From Octopus vulgaris (lineage: Eukaryota): 64,000 bases of DNA. The notes under the pieces are model-generated. The model searched no databases, had not been told where the DNA came from, and saw only the letters and a list, made by a program, of their open reading frames with translations. Numbering within the stretch: the first letter of the stretch is position 1; the number at the start of each line of letters is the position of its first letter. Location of the stretch: the NCBI GenBank assembly GCA_951406725.2, contig OX597833.1, forward strand, positions 21,328,001 to 21,392,000, written 5' to 3'. Made by a program: the position numbers and the translations under genes. Of the stretch, positions 1 through 13,459 are shown one piece after another.

Positions 1-25
1 AAAAGAAAGTATCAATCAAAATTGC

Positions 26-446
26 GGATCTTTTTGGTTTGAACGGGAGTTTTTTTTAATAATTTCCACGTAACTAAACACTTTTAAACTTCGTATACTG
101 GTAGAATGTGTTTATAAAACATCTTTTTCGCTTGGCTTTATTGAGAAAATTCTATAGTTTGTAACATACTTGTTGTTTTTTTTCTTCAATTTCGGCAATT
201 TCAACCAACGACGTCTATTGAGGTGAAAACATTCTGTGCCGTATGAATATGTCCCTCGTTTAAGAAACAGGTTGGGTTTATTTACATTTCTGAAGAAAAA
301 AAGATACCCTTTCCTCCACCCCTAACCCTAACTAACCCTAACCCTAAAACAGATTGAAATGCAATAGATCGATACTAGGGTCATAATTATGGGTGACAAT
401 TTCATGACATCGCTAGAAAAAACTGCCGTTCAAACCGAAAAGATCC
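26..446. mobile_element. MITE with ~30-bp TIRs, 8-bp TSD and internal (CCCTAA)n; possibly Merlin superfamily
   Basis: GGATCTTTTTGGTTTGAACGGGAGTTTTTT at 26-55 is the reverse complement (2 mismatches) of AAAAAACTGCCGTTCAAACCGAAAAGATCC ending at 446. AAAATTGC flanks both ends (18-25, 447-454). GG termini with an 8-bp TSD fit Merlin. Confidence 0.8.
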
Positions 447-829
447 AAAATTGCTAGTCTTGAGCTTAAACGGAAAACAAAGAATTATTAAAAATTAATT
501 AACAGCGACAGAAGGAATATTAATCTGTATCTCCAACTTAACGTAGAATACTGAGTTAGGGTTATCTTGAGAGAAGCACCCATATGGACTCCCATTTAGA
601 TTCGAGTGCTATCATGCACCACGAATCTATATGAGAGGTGCTCTCAAGTTAAAAAATGCAGTATTCTGTGTTCTACCACAAGATCCAAGTAATGTTGGAG
701 ATAAAAATTGATTTAAAGAATCATTAATTTTACCAAAATAAATATTCATATTTGGTAGATGAACGCAAGAAAACGGTTTTCCAGATTCCAAAATCCATAA
801 TTTTTACACGAATGATCTTTCTATCTTCC

Positions 830-1740
830 TTGTTCCACTCGATGAGTGATACAAATACCTAGGTACTGAAAGAAATATATCATACAAAGGTGCTATAAAT
901 AACGATATAGTGACCAAGGAATATTATATCAGACTAAAGTGGCGAGCTGTCAGAAACATTAGCACGCCGGGCGAAATGCTTTGCGATATTTCGTCTGCTG
1001 CTACGTTCTGAGTTCAAATTCCGCCGAGGTCGACTCTGCCTTTCATCCTTTCGGGGTCGATTAAATAAGTACCAGTTACGCACTGAGGTCAATGTAATCG
1101 ACTTAATCCGTTTGTCTGTCCTTGTTTGTCCTCTGTTTAGCCCCTTGTGGGTAGTAAAGAAATATGTATTTCGTCTGTCTCTACGTTCTGAGTTCAAATT
1201 CCTTCGAGGTCGACTTTGCCTTTCATCCTTTCGGGGTCGATAAAATAAGTACCAATTGAGATCTCTCCCGAAATTTCAGGCCTTGTACCAAAGTTTGAAA
1301 TCAATATTGTACCAGACTAAAAGTATAAACACAGAGCATTCCTCTTAAGTGAAGATTATATCCCACGATGCATTTGCAGTAGTAGGAATGGTATTGGCGT
1401 TTGAGATACTTGCTAGGTTTTAGAGGAAAAGCACCCCGTAGATATTATAACTTGCAAGATATTGACTTCGGTAGGAAGCTTCCGCATAAGCAGTAATATT
1501 GACAAGCTCAGTCTCAGAAGAAAGGATGTTTTAGATCAATGCAGCTAGCTTTTAAGTGCTATATGGTAGCACTCGAAACAGCCATGTCAGATAAAAAGAC
1601 AAATATTCCATCTAAATGCTGGAAAATGAAGAGAACAAGGCCTTAGAGGGCAGTAATGAAATCTGCAAAAAATATCCGAGTAAGGTGTCTGTAAAAGATA
1701 TTACACATGGAATCATTATCTGCCCAAAGACAGCTCTTGA
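830..1740 (+). mobile_element. Decayed R4/Dong-like (RLE-class) non-LTR retrotransposon, RT thumb to zinc-knuckle region, interrupted by a SINE
   Basis: Manual translation gives YKYLGTERNISYKGAINNDIVTKEYYIRL, then after the SINE HDAFAV, KILTSVGSFRISSNIDKLSLRRK and VKDITHGIIICPK. These match the motif order of R4-type ORFs, with stops and frameshifts. Confidence 0.65.
939..1302 (+). mobile_element. tRNA-derived SINE family A, dimeric copy with ~19-bp TSD
   Basis: B-box GAGTTCAAATTCC and body GCCTTTCATCCTTTCGGGGTCGAT each occur twice. Flanks AATATTATATCAGACTAAA (920-938) and AATATTGTACCAGACTAAA (1303-1321). Confidence 0.85.
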
Positions 1741-2091
1741 ACCAGACACCCGTGTCCACATGTGTCCTCTTATGACAAGACCATAAGACTGTCCTTTTCG
1801 TTAAATGCCATGTCCATTTTTGAGATTCCTGAATCTAGAGATTACTTCCCATTTTCAAGCGGAGCTGGTTTAAATTGTAATTAGGATACTTGATCTAGAG
1901 GCGGACATAATTATAATAAATCAAGAATTCATGTTGTGATATTTGATATCTTTGTATTTGTCTCTGATGTTCAGATAAATGCCACTGGCCATTCTGAGTT
2001 ATTCTCTAGGCTCATTTCGTCCTAGTTCAAATTCTACCGAGGTTGACTTTACCTTTCGTCCTTTAGGAGCCGATAATATGATACAAGTTGA

Positions 2092-2670
2092 AAGCGCGAG
2101 CTGGCAGAAACGTTAGCACGCCGGGCGAAATGCTTAGCGGTATTTCGTCTGTCTTTACGTTCTGAGTTCAAATTCCGACGAGGTCGACTTTGCCTTTCAT
2201 CCTTACGGGATCGATAAATTAAGTACCAGTGCGTACTGGGGGTCGATCTAATCGACTGGCCCCCTTCCCCAAAAATGTCGGGCCTTGTGCCTAGAGCAGA
2301 AACGAATATTAAAGCGGCGAACTGGCAGAAACGTTAGCAAGCCGGGCGAAATGCTTAGTGGTATTTCGTCTGCCGCTACGTTCTGAGTTCAAATTCCACC
2401 TTTTTGCCTTTTAACCTTTCGGGATCGATAAATTAGGTACCAGTTACGCACCGGGGTCGATATAATCGACTTAATACCTTTGTCTATCCTTGTTTGTCCC
2501 CTCTATTTTTAGCCCCTTGTGGGTAATAAAGAAATAGGCATTTCGTCTGTCATTACATTCTGAGTTCAAATTCCGCAGATGTCAACTTTGCCTTTCATCC
2601 TTACAGGGTCGATAAATTAAGTACCAGTTGCGTACTGGGTTCGATGTAATCGATTTACTCTCACTCGCGA
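2092..2670 (+). mobile_element. SINE family A, tandem monomer plus dimer
   Basis: Head GCGAGCTGGCAGAAACGTTAGCACGCCGGGCGAAATG, B-box and the same body as 939-1302. Confidence 0.85.
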
Positions 2671-3313
2671 AGTTGGATTGCTCTTTTAAAAGCTAGAACT
2701 TATGGATCAACATTTATACCTATAATTATATGTGATACTGATTATGCTAGTAAACGTCTACATGACAATCTAGGAAGGTTATTATCTAACACGGAGGCGT
2801 AATTTACAAACAGAATCTATAAGCGGAACGACAGTAATATACAAGAGTTTTCTAAAGTTATGCTTGTAACTTATCTTGTTGTTAACCACATTTCAGCAAT
2901 GCAGCTTTCTTAGAAACCATTTCCTTCTTCATAGGAAGATTTCAGGTAATTAAAAAGGAAGATTACTTTCATTCGGATACATACATACGCGTCTGCAAAT
3001 ATACATGCATACGTACATTACATACATGCCTATATACATGGTTAGACACATTCATACCTGCATATATGCACACGTACATACAGTTCAGAGCCTGCAGTAT
3101 TATTCCTGCTTGTTGGTTATTAATTCACATGTGTCTGCTTGTAATCACTGGTTTGGACGTTAAGACTGATAGTAAAATATGTAATCATGGAAAACCTTGA
3201 AACGGTGAAGTGATAATAACAGAAGAGGAGGAGGAGGGAGGAGAAAAAAGAACTCTAGAAATACATACGAATGGAGATGTAACTATCTGTATAATACGTA
3301 TACACACACACAT

Positions 3314-3381
<68 letters not shown>

Positions 3382-3578
3382 TGTATGTACTTATGTATAT
3401 GCATATATATGTATATATGTGCGTATACGTTAGTATGTGTGAATATATGTATGTACACATATAACTATATTCGCACACACGCATATATATATGCATATTT
3501 GTATATAAATGTATAAATATATACATATATGTCTATGTATAAACACACACATATGTTTGCATATATTATATATATATA

Positions 3579-3797
3579 CTCTTACTCTTTTACTTTTTTA
3601 CTTGTTTCAGTCATTTGACTGCGGCCATGCTGGAGCACCACCTTTAATCGAGCAACACGACCCCGGGACTTATTCTTTTGTGAGCCCAGTACTTATTCTA
3701 TCGGTCTCTTTTGCCGAACTGCTAAGTGACGGGAACGTAAACACACCAGCATCGGTTGTTAAGCAATGCTAGGGGGACAAACACAGACACACAAACG

Positions 3798-3842
<45 letters not shown>

Positions 3843-4004
3843 GACAGGCTTCTTTCAGTTTCCGTCTACCAAATCCACTCACAAGGCATTGGTCGGCCCG
3901 GGGCTATAGCAGAAGACACTTGCCCAAGATGCCACGCAGTGGGACTGAACCCGGAACCATGTGGTTGGTTAGCAAGTTACTTACCACACAGCCACTCCTG
4001 CGCC
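3579..4004 (-). mobile_element. tRNA-derived SINE family C (CORE-like segment, internal TA/CA microsatellite)
   Basis: Reverse complement reads GCAGGAGTGGCTGTGTGGTAAG...GGTTCAGTCCCAC...CTTGGGCAAGTGTCTT...CAAATGACTGAAACAAGTAAAA. More than 12 copies occur in the window. Confidence 0.9.
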
Positions 4005-5239
4005 TATATATATGTTATGAATGTGTGTGCCTAGTATGCATTAGGTAAGAAAGCAAGTAAATGGAAAGGTAGATATAAGATAATCAAGGTGAAAAGCAGT
4101 AAAAAGGGGGAACAATAATTAAGGTGTATTCCATTTTGGAACGTAGACCTTTCTGGTAGTTAAAACTAATCAATGGAGGAAACCACCGTCACCACATGAT
4201 CCGAAGATTCAATCCGGCAGCGATGCGATAAGAAATATTCACTGCGGCATGTTATATGATGTTCAGAACATGACAGAACCTCATCCTTCTAGATAGTTCT
4301 GATTGTCTGATTGTTGATTAGGCTATTGTTACTGAGCAGACCAAAAATGAAAGACGCCCCAGCCATATCCAACTCGTCTTTTGTTCTTGGAACGCATATC
4401 TAAGACTTTGTTGCATACCTAAGGCTTCGTTGCCATACCCTCGTACGCTCTCATTCTCATCTGTACAATTGCATAGACAGACTTGAAGCTGACCTGGAGT
4501 AGAGAAGGGATGTCAATGAGAACACAAAAAAACATAGGTTTAGTTGATTGATTGATAAAACGAATGATTAATCAAATCATAGACTGTCATCCAACTAACA
4601 TATAATGAAGTGAAATAGGACGAGTGCGTGTGTTTATTATTGGCATGATGATCTTCCCGAGATACAGCAAAACATATTTCAACACATCTGTTCGCATCAA
4701 GTATCTTGTAAGCCAAATAGAAAAATTAAGTTTCTAAGACTATTATCATTATTGAACATTTAAATCTTGATTTTAAACGGTAACCCCTAGTTTGAGGAAA
4801 AGGTGATTAGTTTCCGCAGATAAAGAAGTCACAAAGAGACTCCTCCATCGGAAGCTCTACAGGTGATATACTTCAACTATTATCTAGTTTAACAAAACCT
4901 TGACTACCTTTATCAGGGCCCACTATGTTATAAACTTTCTCCCTGAGTACAACTCATGAAACTTACATTGGATCTAGGTTAGAAACCGGCTCTTTTACTA
5001 TTGGCAAGAAATCTTGAAATAAAACTGAATAATGACATACATACATACATACATACATACATACATACATACATACATACATACATACATGCATACATAC
5101 ATACATGTATGCATGCATGAATGCATTCATCCATCCATCCATCCATCCCATACATACATACATACATACATACATACATAAATACATACGTGCATACATA
5201 CATGCATATATACGTACGTACATACATACATTCTAACAC

Positions 5240-5790
5240 TCTGTTCCCGATGATCTCCTGATGATCTTCCCCAATTATGGAATACATTCATAAACAACAA
5301 CTCAAGGAATACTGGTGAAATATTCCCATCAAAACTTCTGTCAAATGTAAGCATAAAACGCCGGATATTGTTGTTTGGGACAGAGGGGCAAAGGTATGTA
5401 TCGTCATAGAGGTCAGCTGCACTACAGATATAAATATCTCTTTGAAAATCAAAGAAAAAGAGGATACCTATGGGCATCTGCTTCGAAACCTGCAGCTTCT
5501 ATATCCGGAATATGAATTCATATTCATACCAATAATTGGAACACTAGGTTTTGTTATTAAATGCTTAAGGGAGAATCTGGATAAACTGGGATTTTCAGAA
5601 AGAGAAATCGACCGGCTACTTAGTACATTACAAATCCAGTCCGTGAGTGGAACAGTAAAAATATGCAAGACTTTTCTCAAGTTCCAAATGTGAATTTGTC
5701 TGTGTTAACTACATCCCAAAGATGGAGCCTTGTAGCTTTGTTGGAAACCGACTCCCTCCTCGGTGGAAGATTTATAATAATTTAAAAAAT
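5240..5790 (+). mobile_element. 3' end of an RLE-class (R4/Dong/NeSL-like) LINE: restriction-like endonuclease domain plus 3' UTR
   Basis: KCKHKTPDIVVWDRGAKVCIVIEVSC...KEKEDTYGHLLRNLQLLYPEYEFIFIPIIGTLG...KICKTFLKFQM* (ORF 5442-5693) is a PD-(D/E)xK-type RLE signature. It is flanked on both sides by (TACA)n. Confidence 0.85.
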
Positions 5791-6119
5791 AGGACATACG
5801 TACGTACATACATACATACATACATACATACATACATACATACATACATACATACATGCAAGAATCCCACGCGTTATGCGAGTAATGTGATTCTGGAAAT
5901 CTGGTCGTAACACAAAATCCTGCAATGCGAAATAACTTTTCCCATTGATTTTCATATTTAAAAAGTGAGAATACTTTGCGATGGATTTCTTTCGAAAACA
6001 ACAAACAAACTAGGAAGCAACGCGACCACTTTTATGCATGAAAATAACAATTTCTTAAAGTAAACAGTAAAATATGTAAACATAAAACTATTGGATACGT
6101 TAGAGGATAAATATGAATT

Positions 6120-7422
6120 CTAATATCACAATAGGGTACGTTCTTCCTAAACATGTTGGCCACTCTGTAAGGGCTGCTGGTGCTGGAATGAGAGTTTCTA
6201 GGATTTGGGACGCTATCTTCTAGCTTATAGCTCATCAAAGACATCTACTTGAGGGGCGAAGAACTTAACCAAGCTGTTTGTTTATGGTGGTTCATTATCT
6301 TTGTACAGTTCAGTGTAGAAGCTGAACCCACAGTAAATTCCTCTTGTAACGTTTATGTTCATGTTAACGGTTGTTATTAAGATTATTTTGTTGACTTTCC
6401 TCTGTATATTTTGCAGTTAGTTTAAATATGGAATTGGTGGAATTTCCATATTCTTATCTGTATTCTCAGCTCGAACTTGTTCTAACAGCATGGGATACTA
6501 ACAGCTCAACCACATCCTCCTCCATGACTTCTTCCGGAACTAACAGTTCTAGTAACCACGAGCTTCAAAAACAGTACAGTTTTATCAACATTGCATAGTT
6601 GCTCGAGTGTGCGGCCCCCGTAAATTTTTCAGCTGCTTAGAATAATTGGTAGCAGCCTCTGTATCAGCAATGGCAGCTCCACCAGTTATTTTTATGCTGT
6701 GCAAATTCAAGTGCTTCTTAAACTTTTCAAATCAGCTTTTACTAGCCAGGAAAGTTTTTCATTAAAAGTTGCACTGCAAATCGTCATACAAACTGTTGTT
6801 TGTCGGCATGTTATGTTTTTGTGGAGGCACATGGCCTAGGGGTTAGAGCAGCGGACTCGCGGTCGAGGGATCGCGGGTTCGATTCTCAGACCGGGCGATG
6901 TGTGTGTTTATGGGCGAAACACTTAAGCTCCACGCTGCTCCGGCAGAAGGTAATGGCGAAATTCTGCTGACTCTTTCGCCACAACTTTCTCTCACTCTTT
7001 CTTCCTGCACCTTGCAGCTCACCTGCGACGGACTGGTGTCCCGTCCAGTTGGGGAACCTATTCGCCAAGGAAACCGGGAAAGCGGCCCTTATGACCCAGG
7101 CATGGCTCGAGAAGGAAACGTTATGTTTTGTCCGTTACGTGATCCATACATTGAAGAGCCTTTCCATTTTAAGTTTCTTATTAGATCCTTGAAGCAATAA
7201 GTGCTGAGCAATTAATTGAATAGCTTCTGGAGCACTCGGCTTAATCTTCTCTTTGTTTCTACTGAAGATGCTGCAAGCTTTAAGGTTTTCTATGATGTGG
7301 TTGATTTTTACTCTCACAACAAATCTTTTTAAAACATTGGGTGCAATATCCAGTGTAATCCCTCTTCGGTCAATTTTCCCACTATCCTCTTAAGTTCTAC
7401 TTGATGGATTCTTTCCAGACAT
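6120..7422 (-). mobile_element. Decayed, internally deleted Tigger/pogo transposase split by a SINE
   Basis: From ATG 7422: ...RRGITLD...NKEKIK...KMERLFNVWI, then after the SINE FLASKS*FEKFKKHLNLHSIKITGGAAIADTEAA...EQLCNVDKTVLF and EEDVVELLVSHA. This follows the CENP-B/Tigger HTH and start of the DDE domain. Confidence 0.75.
6821..7120 (+). mobile_element. tRNA-derived SINE family B with V-domain-like segment
   Basis: A-box TGGCCTAGGGG, B-box GGTTCGATTC, segment CCTGCGACGGACTGGTGTCCCGTCCAG. TSD GTTATGTTTT(T)GT at 6810 and 7120. Confidence 0.85.
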
Positions 7423-8144
7423 CTTGAATGGTCGGTAAATCCAGCAGCGGAAGTGATCAGCAATTATCCACAATATGTATTCAACAAACAATGCGAGCCA
7501 AGTTCTGCTTTGTGAGGGCAAAAAAATGTTCGTCTTATTCTTAGGGGTGTGCGGATGGAAATGACCAGACGAAAAAGTGAAAGAGTTAGACAGAAAGAAT
7601 TATTGCATGATTACAGTTAGTTAAAGGTTTAGTCAATCGTTGTGTTTCTGACCAAGGGTTTTTGGTCGTTCGCTCAATTAGGCTCATTGTGTTAACTTGT
7701 AAATGGCTGCGTATACTTCAAACACCTGTGCACTTAAAATCCTCCGACAATTTCAACGTGAAACCCAGATTAACATGGCTTTACTTTTGAACTACAGATA
7801 CAATACACTCGCCTGGCTTCCATGCAGTTTCCGCCTACCTTAATTTCACTCACGAAACATGGGTCGACCCGAAGCCAGAATAAAATTACACTTTGCTCAA
7901 GACACAACGCCGCGTGAGATCGAAGATGGATTTCTATTGATGACAAAACCTGTTTTTTAAGCATTCGACCATATTGCACTTCTTGCATGTACACAAACTC
8001 AAGTACGCATACATACATAAATGTGTGGGGTGGTTACGTGTGTACGGGCGTCTATGGGGGTATGTTTGCGTGTCGTTGTTTTGTGTCTTGTTGTATAATC
8101 CCAGGCATTGAAATTGCGATCTTTCTCACTCATATAAAATTTGG

Positions 8145-8410
8145 TGACAGTGCATGGCTTAGTGGTTTAGGTATTGCACTCCCGATCGCAAGACCGTGGG
8201 TTCGATTTCAATACCGGGCGGTGCGTTATGTTCATGAGCAAATCAATTCATCTCACGCTGCTTTACGATTACTTCGCCACCCGACGTGTGGTATACCGTC
8301 CATCTGTGCAGGCGATGCTGATTTGATGGGAGGAGTGAGCTTGCTAATGTTCAGCACATACATTGGATCACTATAAAGAAATCATTTGTGCAAGTTGTTC
8401 AGTAAGTATT
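8145..8410 (+). mobile_element. Older tRNA-derived SINE (family D head)
   Basis: TGGCTTAGTGGTTTAGG...GGTTCGATTTC head. A related copy lies on the minus strand at about 9290-9545. Confidence 0.7.
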
Positions 8411-8481
8411 ACAGAACCATGCTTAAGTAGAGCTGTCTACGTACTAATGTGAAGGCAGTTATGGATGCAACTATTTATGGA

Positions 8482-8735
8482 GTGGAGGCGCGTGGCTTAG
8501 TGGTTAGGGTGTCAGCATCATGATCGTAAGATTGTGGTTTCGATTCCTGGACCGGGCGACACGTTGTGTTCTTGAGCAAAACACTTCATTTCACGTTGCT
8601 CCAGTCCACTCAGCTGGCAAAAATGAGTAACGCTGCGATGGACTGGCGTCACGTCCAGCTTGGGAACAAATACGCCATAGAAACCGGGAAACCGGGCCCA
8701 TGAGCCTGGCTAGGCTTTAAAAGGGTGCATTTATT
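8482..8735 (+). mobile_element. tRNA-derived SINE (family D head with CORE-like and V-like segments)
   Basis: GTGGAGGCGCGTGGCTTAGTGGTTAGGG...TTCGATTCC, then GTGTTCTTGAGCAAAACACTT and CTGCGATGGACTGGCGTCACGTCCAG. Confidence 0.85.
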
Positions 8736-8840
8736 ATTTTTTCTATTTATGGAAATGCTTATATGTAACTATGTTTATATAGACATTCATGAGTTTATGT
8801 GTAAATATATTTGTATAAATGACAATATGTAAATATACAA

Positions 8841-8874
<34 letters not shown>

Positions 8875-9550
8875 ATTGATATATGCTTTAAAATATAGAC
8901 GAGTGATAGGAATGCAAATATATACATCTGTGTGTATGTGTATGTACATTTATGTGTATATGTGAATACACGTATATACGGGAATGCATATGTGTATATG
9001 TTTATGTTTGTATGCCGGTATATGCGTTGACCTGTGTGTCAGTATTATGTTCGAACGCATGTGAGTAACTACTCACAGAAATATGTATGAGTGAGTGTGT
9101 GTATGTGTGTGTGTGTGTGCGTGCGCGCGCGTATCTATCCATCTATCTATGTATCTATATATGTATAATTCATATACATATGCACATGCGTTTGTATATA
9201 TATGTATGTGTGTGTGTGTGTGTAAGAGTGTCTAATAATATATATATTTAATGGACTCTCGCGTCGAATACGACATATGAGCGTTCAGCATTTTTGCCGA
9301 ACGACCTGCACAAATTATTTATTTATAATAATCAAATGTATGTGTCGCACGTTAGCTCAATCCCCACCGCCCCTAAACCTTGAACAGGTGCACGGTGTAC
9401 CACGTGTCAGTTGTCGAGGTGATCGCAGAGCAACGTGAGATGAAGTGTTTTGTTCAAAAACACAATACACCACCCAGTCTCGGAATTGAAACCATGATCT
9501 CGCAATCTTGAGAGCAAAACCCTAACCACAAGGCCATGCAGCTTATATAC

Positions 9551-9954
<404 letters not shown>

Positions 9955-10389
9955 TGGAACAGGTCTGCAATCTCTTGTATCTGTATTTGACTCAGTTTCT
10001 GATGATTTGGGTTTGACCATCAAATTGAAAAAAACAGTTGTAATATATCCACCTGCTCGTGGTGCTGTCTGCAACCCACTAAAATTTTTGTTAAGGGTAA
10101 GTTACTTGAGGTTATATATATATACATGGTGATTGTCTGTTCCTTGTGTAGTGTCTGACCACCTCTTGTACTTACATCTTTTATCCATCTGATGTGACTT
10201 TTTAAACCAGGACAATGTATTGAAAAGACACCCACATAGATGACATTACAGATTTGGACCACCAAGAGCTGCAGTTAAGTTCTAATCTTTGTGGATCTTA
10301 AAATGTCTTTTGAGGCCTCCGTTAGATTTGCAAACCTTATAGCATACACGGCATTGAAATGTATGCACAGATATATAGTTAGAATAGTT

Positions 10390-11640
10390 GGTAGGGTTTC
10401 GTTTTTCATGGGTCTGCAAATGAGATTTTAGCCCAGCAAAAACTGTGCACAGCTGTGCTGCCCTTTGAATTCGTAGGTGTATTTCTGTGTCCAGATTTCC
10501 ATCATTTTGTATAGAGCTTCCAAGTTAAATGAAAGAGTCAAGAACTTCAAGTAACTTACCCTTAACAAAAAATTTAGTGGGGTTGCAAACAGTACAACAT
10601 ACAGGTAGATACATTACAACTGTTTTTATTTCAAGTTGATGGTCAAACCAAAATCATCACAAGCTGAGTCAAAATCCGGTTACAAGAGATTACAGACCTG
10701 TTTCAGAATATGAATACAAGCGGTGTCAGTCAAAAAGCAAATGTCCATTTGCTGTTCTCACTGGAGCTATCGAAGAAGATTTCGGCCATATATCTCCTTA
10801 ACATAAGAGTACAAACCCTTAGCGTCATTTCTATCATCTGCCCCTTTTGCTCAATCATTCCACCATTCCTGTTTAATTTTCCTTAGAACAGTCTGCACTT
10901 TCTTTTTCAGCTTTCTGTAAGCTTCGCTTGAGTTGGGGTTCAAGGACCGAGAAAGAAGTGTATTGCCTAAGTTTTGTTTTCCTAAAAGTAGATCATGAAT
11001 TTCTGGTGATTTGTTTGAAAAACTATTCACTGGACTTACGCGATTTAAATCCCACTGAAGAACTTGCAGCCTGAAATATTTTTGTTTTGAAATCTTCCCT
11101 TAGATTCTTTGGCCATGAAACGTGGTCATTTCCAACTCTTGCGTTGAAAGCTCCCAATATGACCAGCTTGTCGAAAATTGGTACTTTCCTCAACAGTTGT
11201 GCTAGATTATCATAAAACTGTCCTACAGTTTCCTCAGAATGAGACATTGTTGGTGCATAAATACTGACAACGATAAGAAACCTATCTTTTGTCAGTTTCA
11301 TACGGTATGACATGGTTCGTTCAGATATATCACTTGGACATTCTGCAATCGAGGGTACTAATGAATTCTTGAGAGCAAATCCAACACCGAATTCTCTAGG
11401 CTGGCCCTCAGATAAGCCTCTCAACAAGAAAGTAAATCCATAAGTAGGGTCATTTATTTAACCCTTACCAGAGAGACGAGTTTCAGAGACCGCAACTATA
11501 TCAAGGGTATATTTTTTAAGCTCGCATACAATAAGTACAGTACGCTTTACTGGCCTCTTGTTGAAATTATTCCAACAACCAAAATTCAGAGGATATTTAT
11601 TTTTTTGTTCTTCTTGATGATTGTTTGACCATAGTGGCAG
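10390..11640 (-). mobile_element. Decayed RTE-clade LINE (APE endonuclease plus RT remnants)
   Basis: ORF 11458-11670 has LNFGCWN...DIVAVSETRLSGKG. ORF 11023-11427 has GVGFAL...VSIYAPTM...FYDNL...LVILGAFNARVG. An RT piece DSACDDFGLTINLK lies near 10630-10670. Confidence 0.85.
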
Positions 11641-12145
11641 GATGACGACCAGGCCCAGCTTGTGACACACTGGGACACCTGCCGAGCCAGACCCGTTCCC
11701 CTGACGTTCTCAAGCATGAAGAACACAAAGCAACACCCTGTTTCGGGAATTGAGATCAAGGTCTTGCGATCGAAAATGCAACACCTTAACCACTCTGTCA
11801 TCCGGATTCACACTGTAAAATATGTATATTTAATTTTCTTACATGATTACGTAGCCAGATTATTTAAGCAAAGTTTCACCAATTACTTAACGGCATTATC
11901 AGATGCCTGGTTCTATCACCAGTTATTGGACTTGGTGTCTTGTGGTGCAATTATTTTAATTTAATTATGTTATGAAACAAATTCTTTCTGCACGTTCGAA
12001 TGACAGAAAAAAAAATATCTTTAAAAATTCAAAATGATTTGCTACCGAAGAACTACTGGAATTAGAGAAAGGAGAATTCGTGGTCATTTTCGTTAGTTCT
12101 ACGTTCTACTGCCAAGCTACGTCAGAAAAATATAATAAATGTAAA

Positions 12146-12196
<51 letters not shown>

Positions 12197-12255
12197 TACA
12201 ACTCATTTTTGGTAGTTGATTGGACTGGAGCAATCAACGTGAAATAGGTGTCTTG

Positions 12256-12300
<45 letters not shown>

Positions 12301-12303
12301 GTG

Positions 12304-12356
<53 letters not shown>

Positions 12357-12767
12357 AAGTTGGCCCAAGAATAAGTACGACAACCGGTTGTTAATGAGCT
12401 GCAAAGCGAAGATAATCTTTTTATTTAATTCACTGCAGTTCTGCAGGTAGGTCTTATTACTTCAATCACGAATGATCACCTAATGATTCCATTAAAGAAT
12501 ACGCCGTGCGCAACATATAGGAGAATAAATTTTCTCAATAAGTATCAGAAATGGTTTATCTATCAAAAAATTGTTTGATAGTTCAACACAAGTAGTCGGT
12601 GCATTTCAGAAGTTTTGAGATTTTTTAAGGAGAGGCAGTTATGACTGTCCGACATTACTGCAATTTTGGTATATCATATCTAATAATTTGACTTGCCAAC
12701 ATTTTTTATATTCTTCCAGATTGAGGGAGACGCCTGTAACAAACACTGCTTCCCACAAATGACTGGT

Positions 12768-13170
12768 TTACTCTTTTACTCGTTTCAGTCATTTGACTGT
12801 GGCCATGCTGGAGCACCGCCTTTTAGTCGAGCAAATTGACCCAAGGACTTATTCTTTGTAAGCCTAGTACTTATTCTATCGGTGTATTTTTGCCGAACCG
12901 CTAACGTTACGGGGACGTAAACACACCAGCATCGGTTGTCAAGCGATGTTTGGGGCGGGGGACAAACACAGACACAAACACACACACACATATACATATA
13001 TATATACGACGGGCTTCTTTCAGTTTCCGTCTACCAAATCCACTCACAAGGCTTTGGTCGGCCCGAGGCTATAGTAGAAGACACTTGCCCAAGGTGCCAC
13101 GCAGTGGGACTGAACCCGGAACCATGTGGTTGGTAAGCAAACTACTTACCACACAGCCACTCCTACGCCT
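12768..13170 (-). mobile_element. SINE family C
   Basis: Full-length match to 3579-4004. Confidence 0.9.
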
Positions 13171-13459
13171 TGTATAAAATAATGTTTGTATAAAAGAATG
13201 CAGCCGGGTCGTTTGGTAGCTCGTTATGCAATAAAGTGTTATACTAAGCTGGGCATAAACGCTAGAGAAACAAATAGAATATTCCAGACTACTTATGGAT
13301 TAACTTGCTTAAGCCGAGCATCTGTTTTCCGCTGGTGCAAGAAGTTCAAGGACAGTAGAGAGGAGGTGAAAGTGCGAAGGACAATGGAACGTTAGAACAT
13401 CAGAGCTAGTAAAGAAAAAATTCGCAGTTTTCTAAATGAAGGCTGTCCTATGTCTATAC

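Noticed and set aside
320-347. Chromosome end or true telomere
   Set aside because: Only four hexamers, internal to a TIR/TSD-bounded element.
3210-3300. EEEEEGGEKRTLEIHTNGD, superficially like the segment that follows the P-loop in RGK proteins
   Set aside because: It is on the plus strand, opposite to the gene, and runs into microsatellite.
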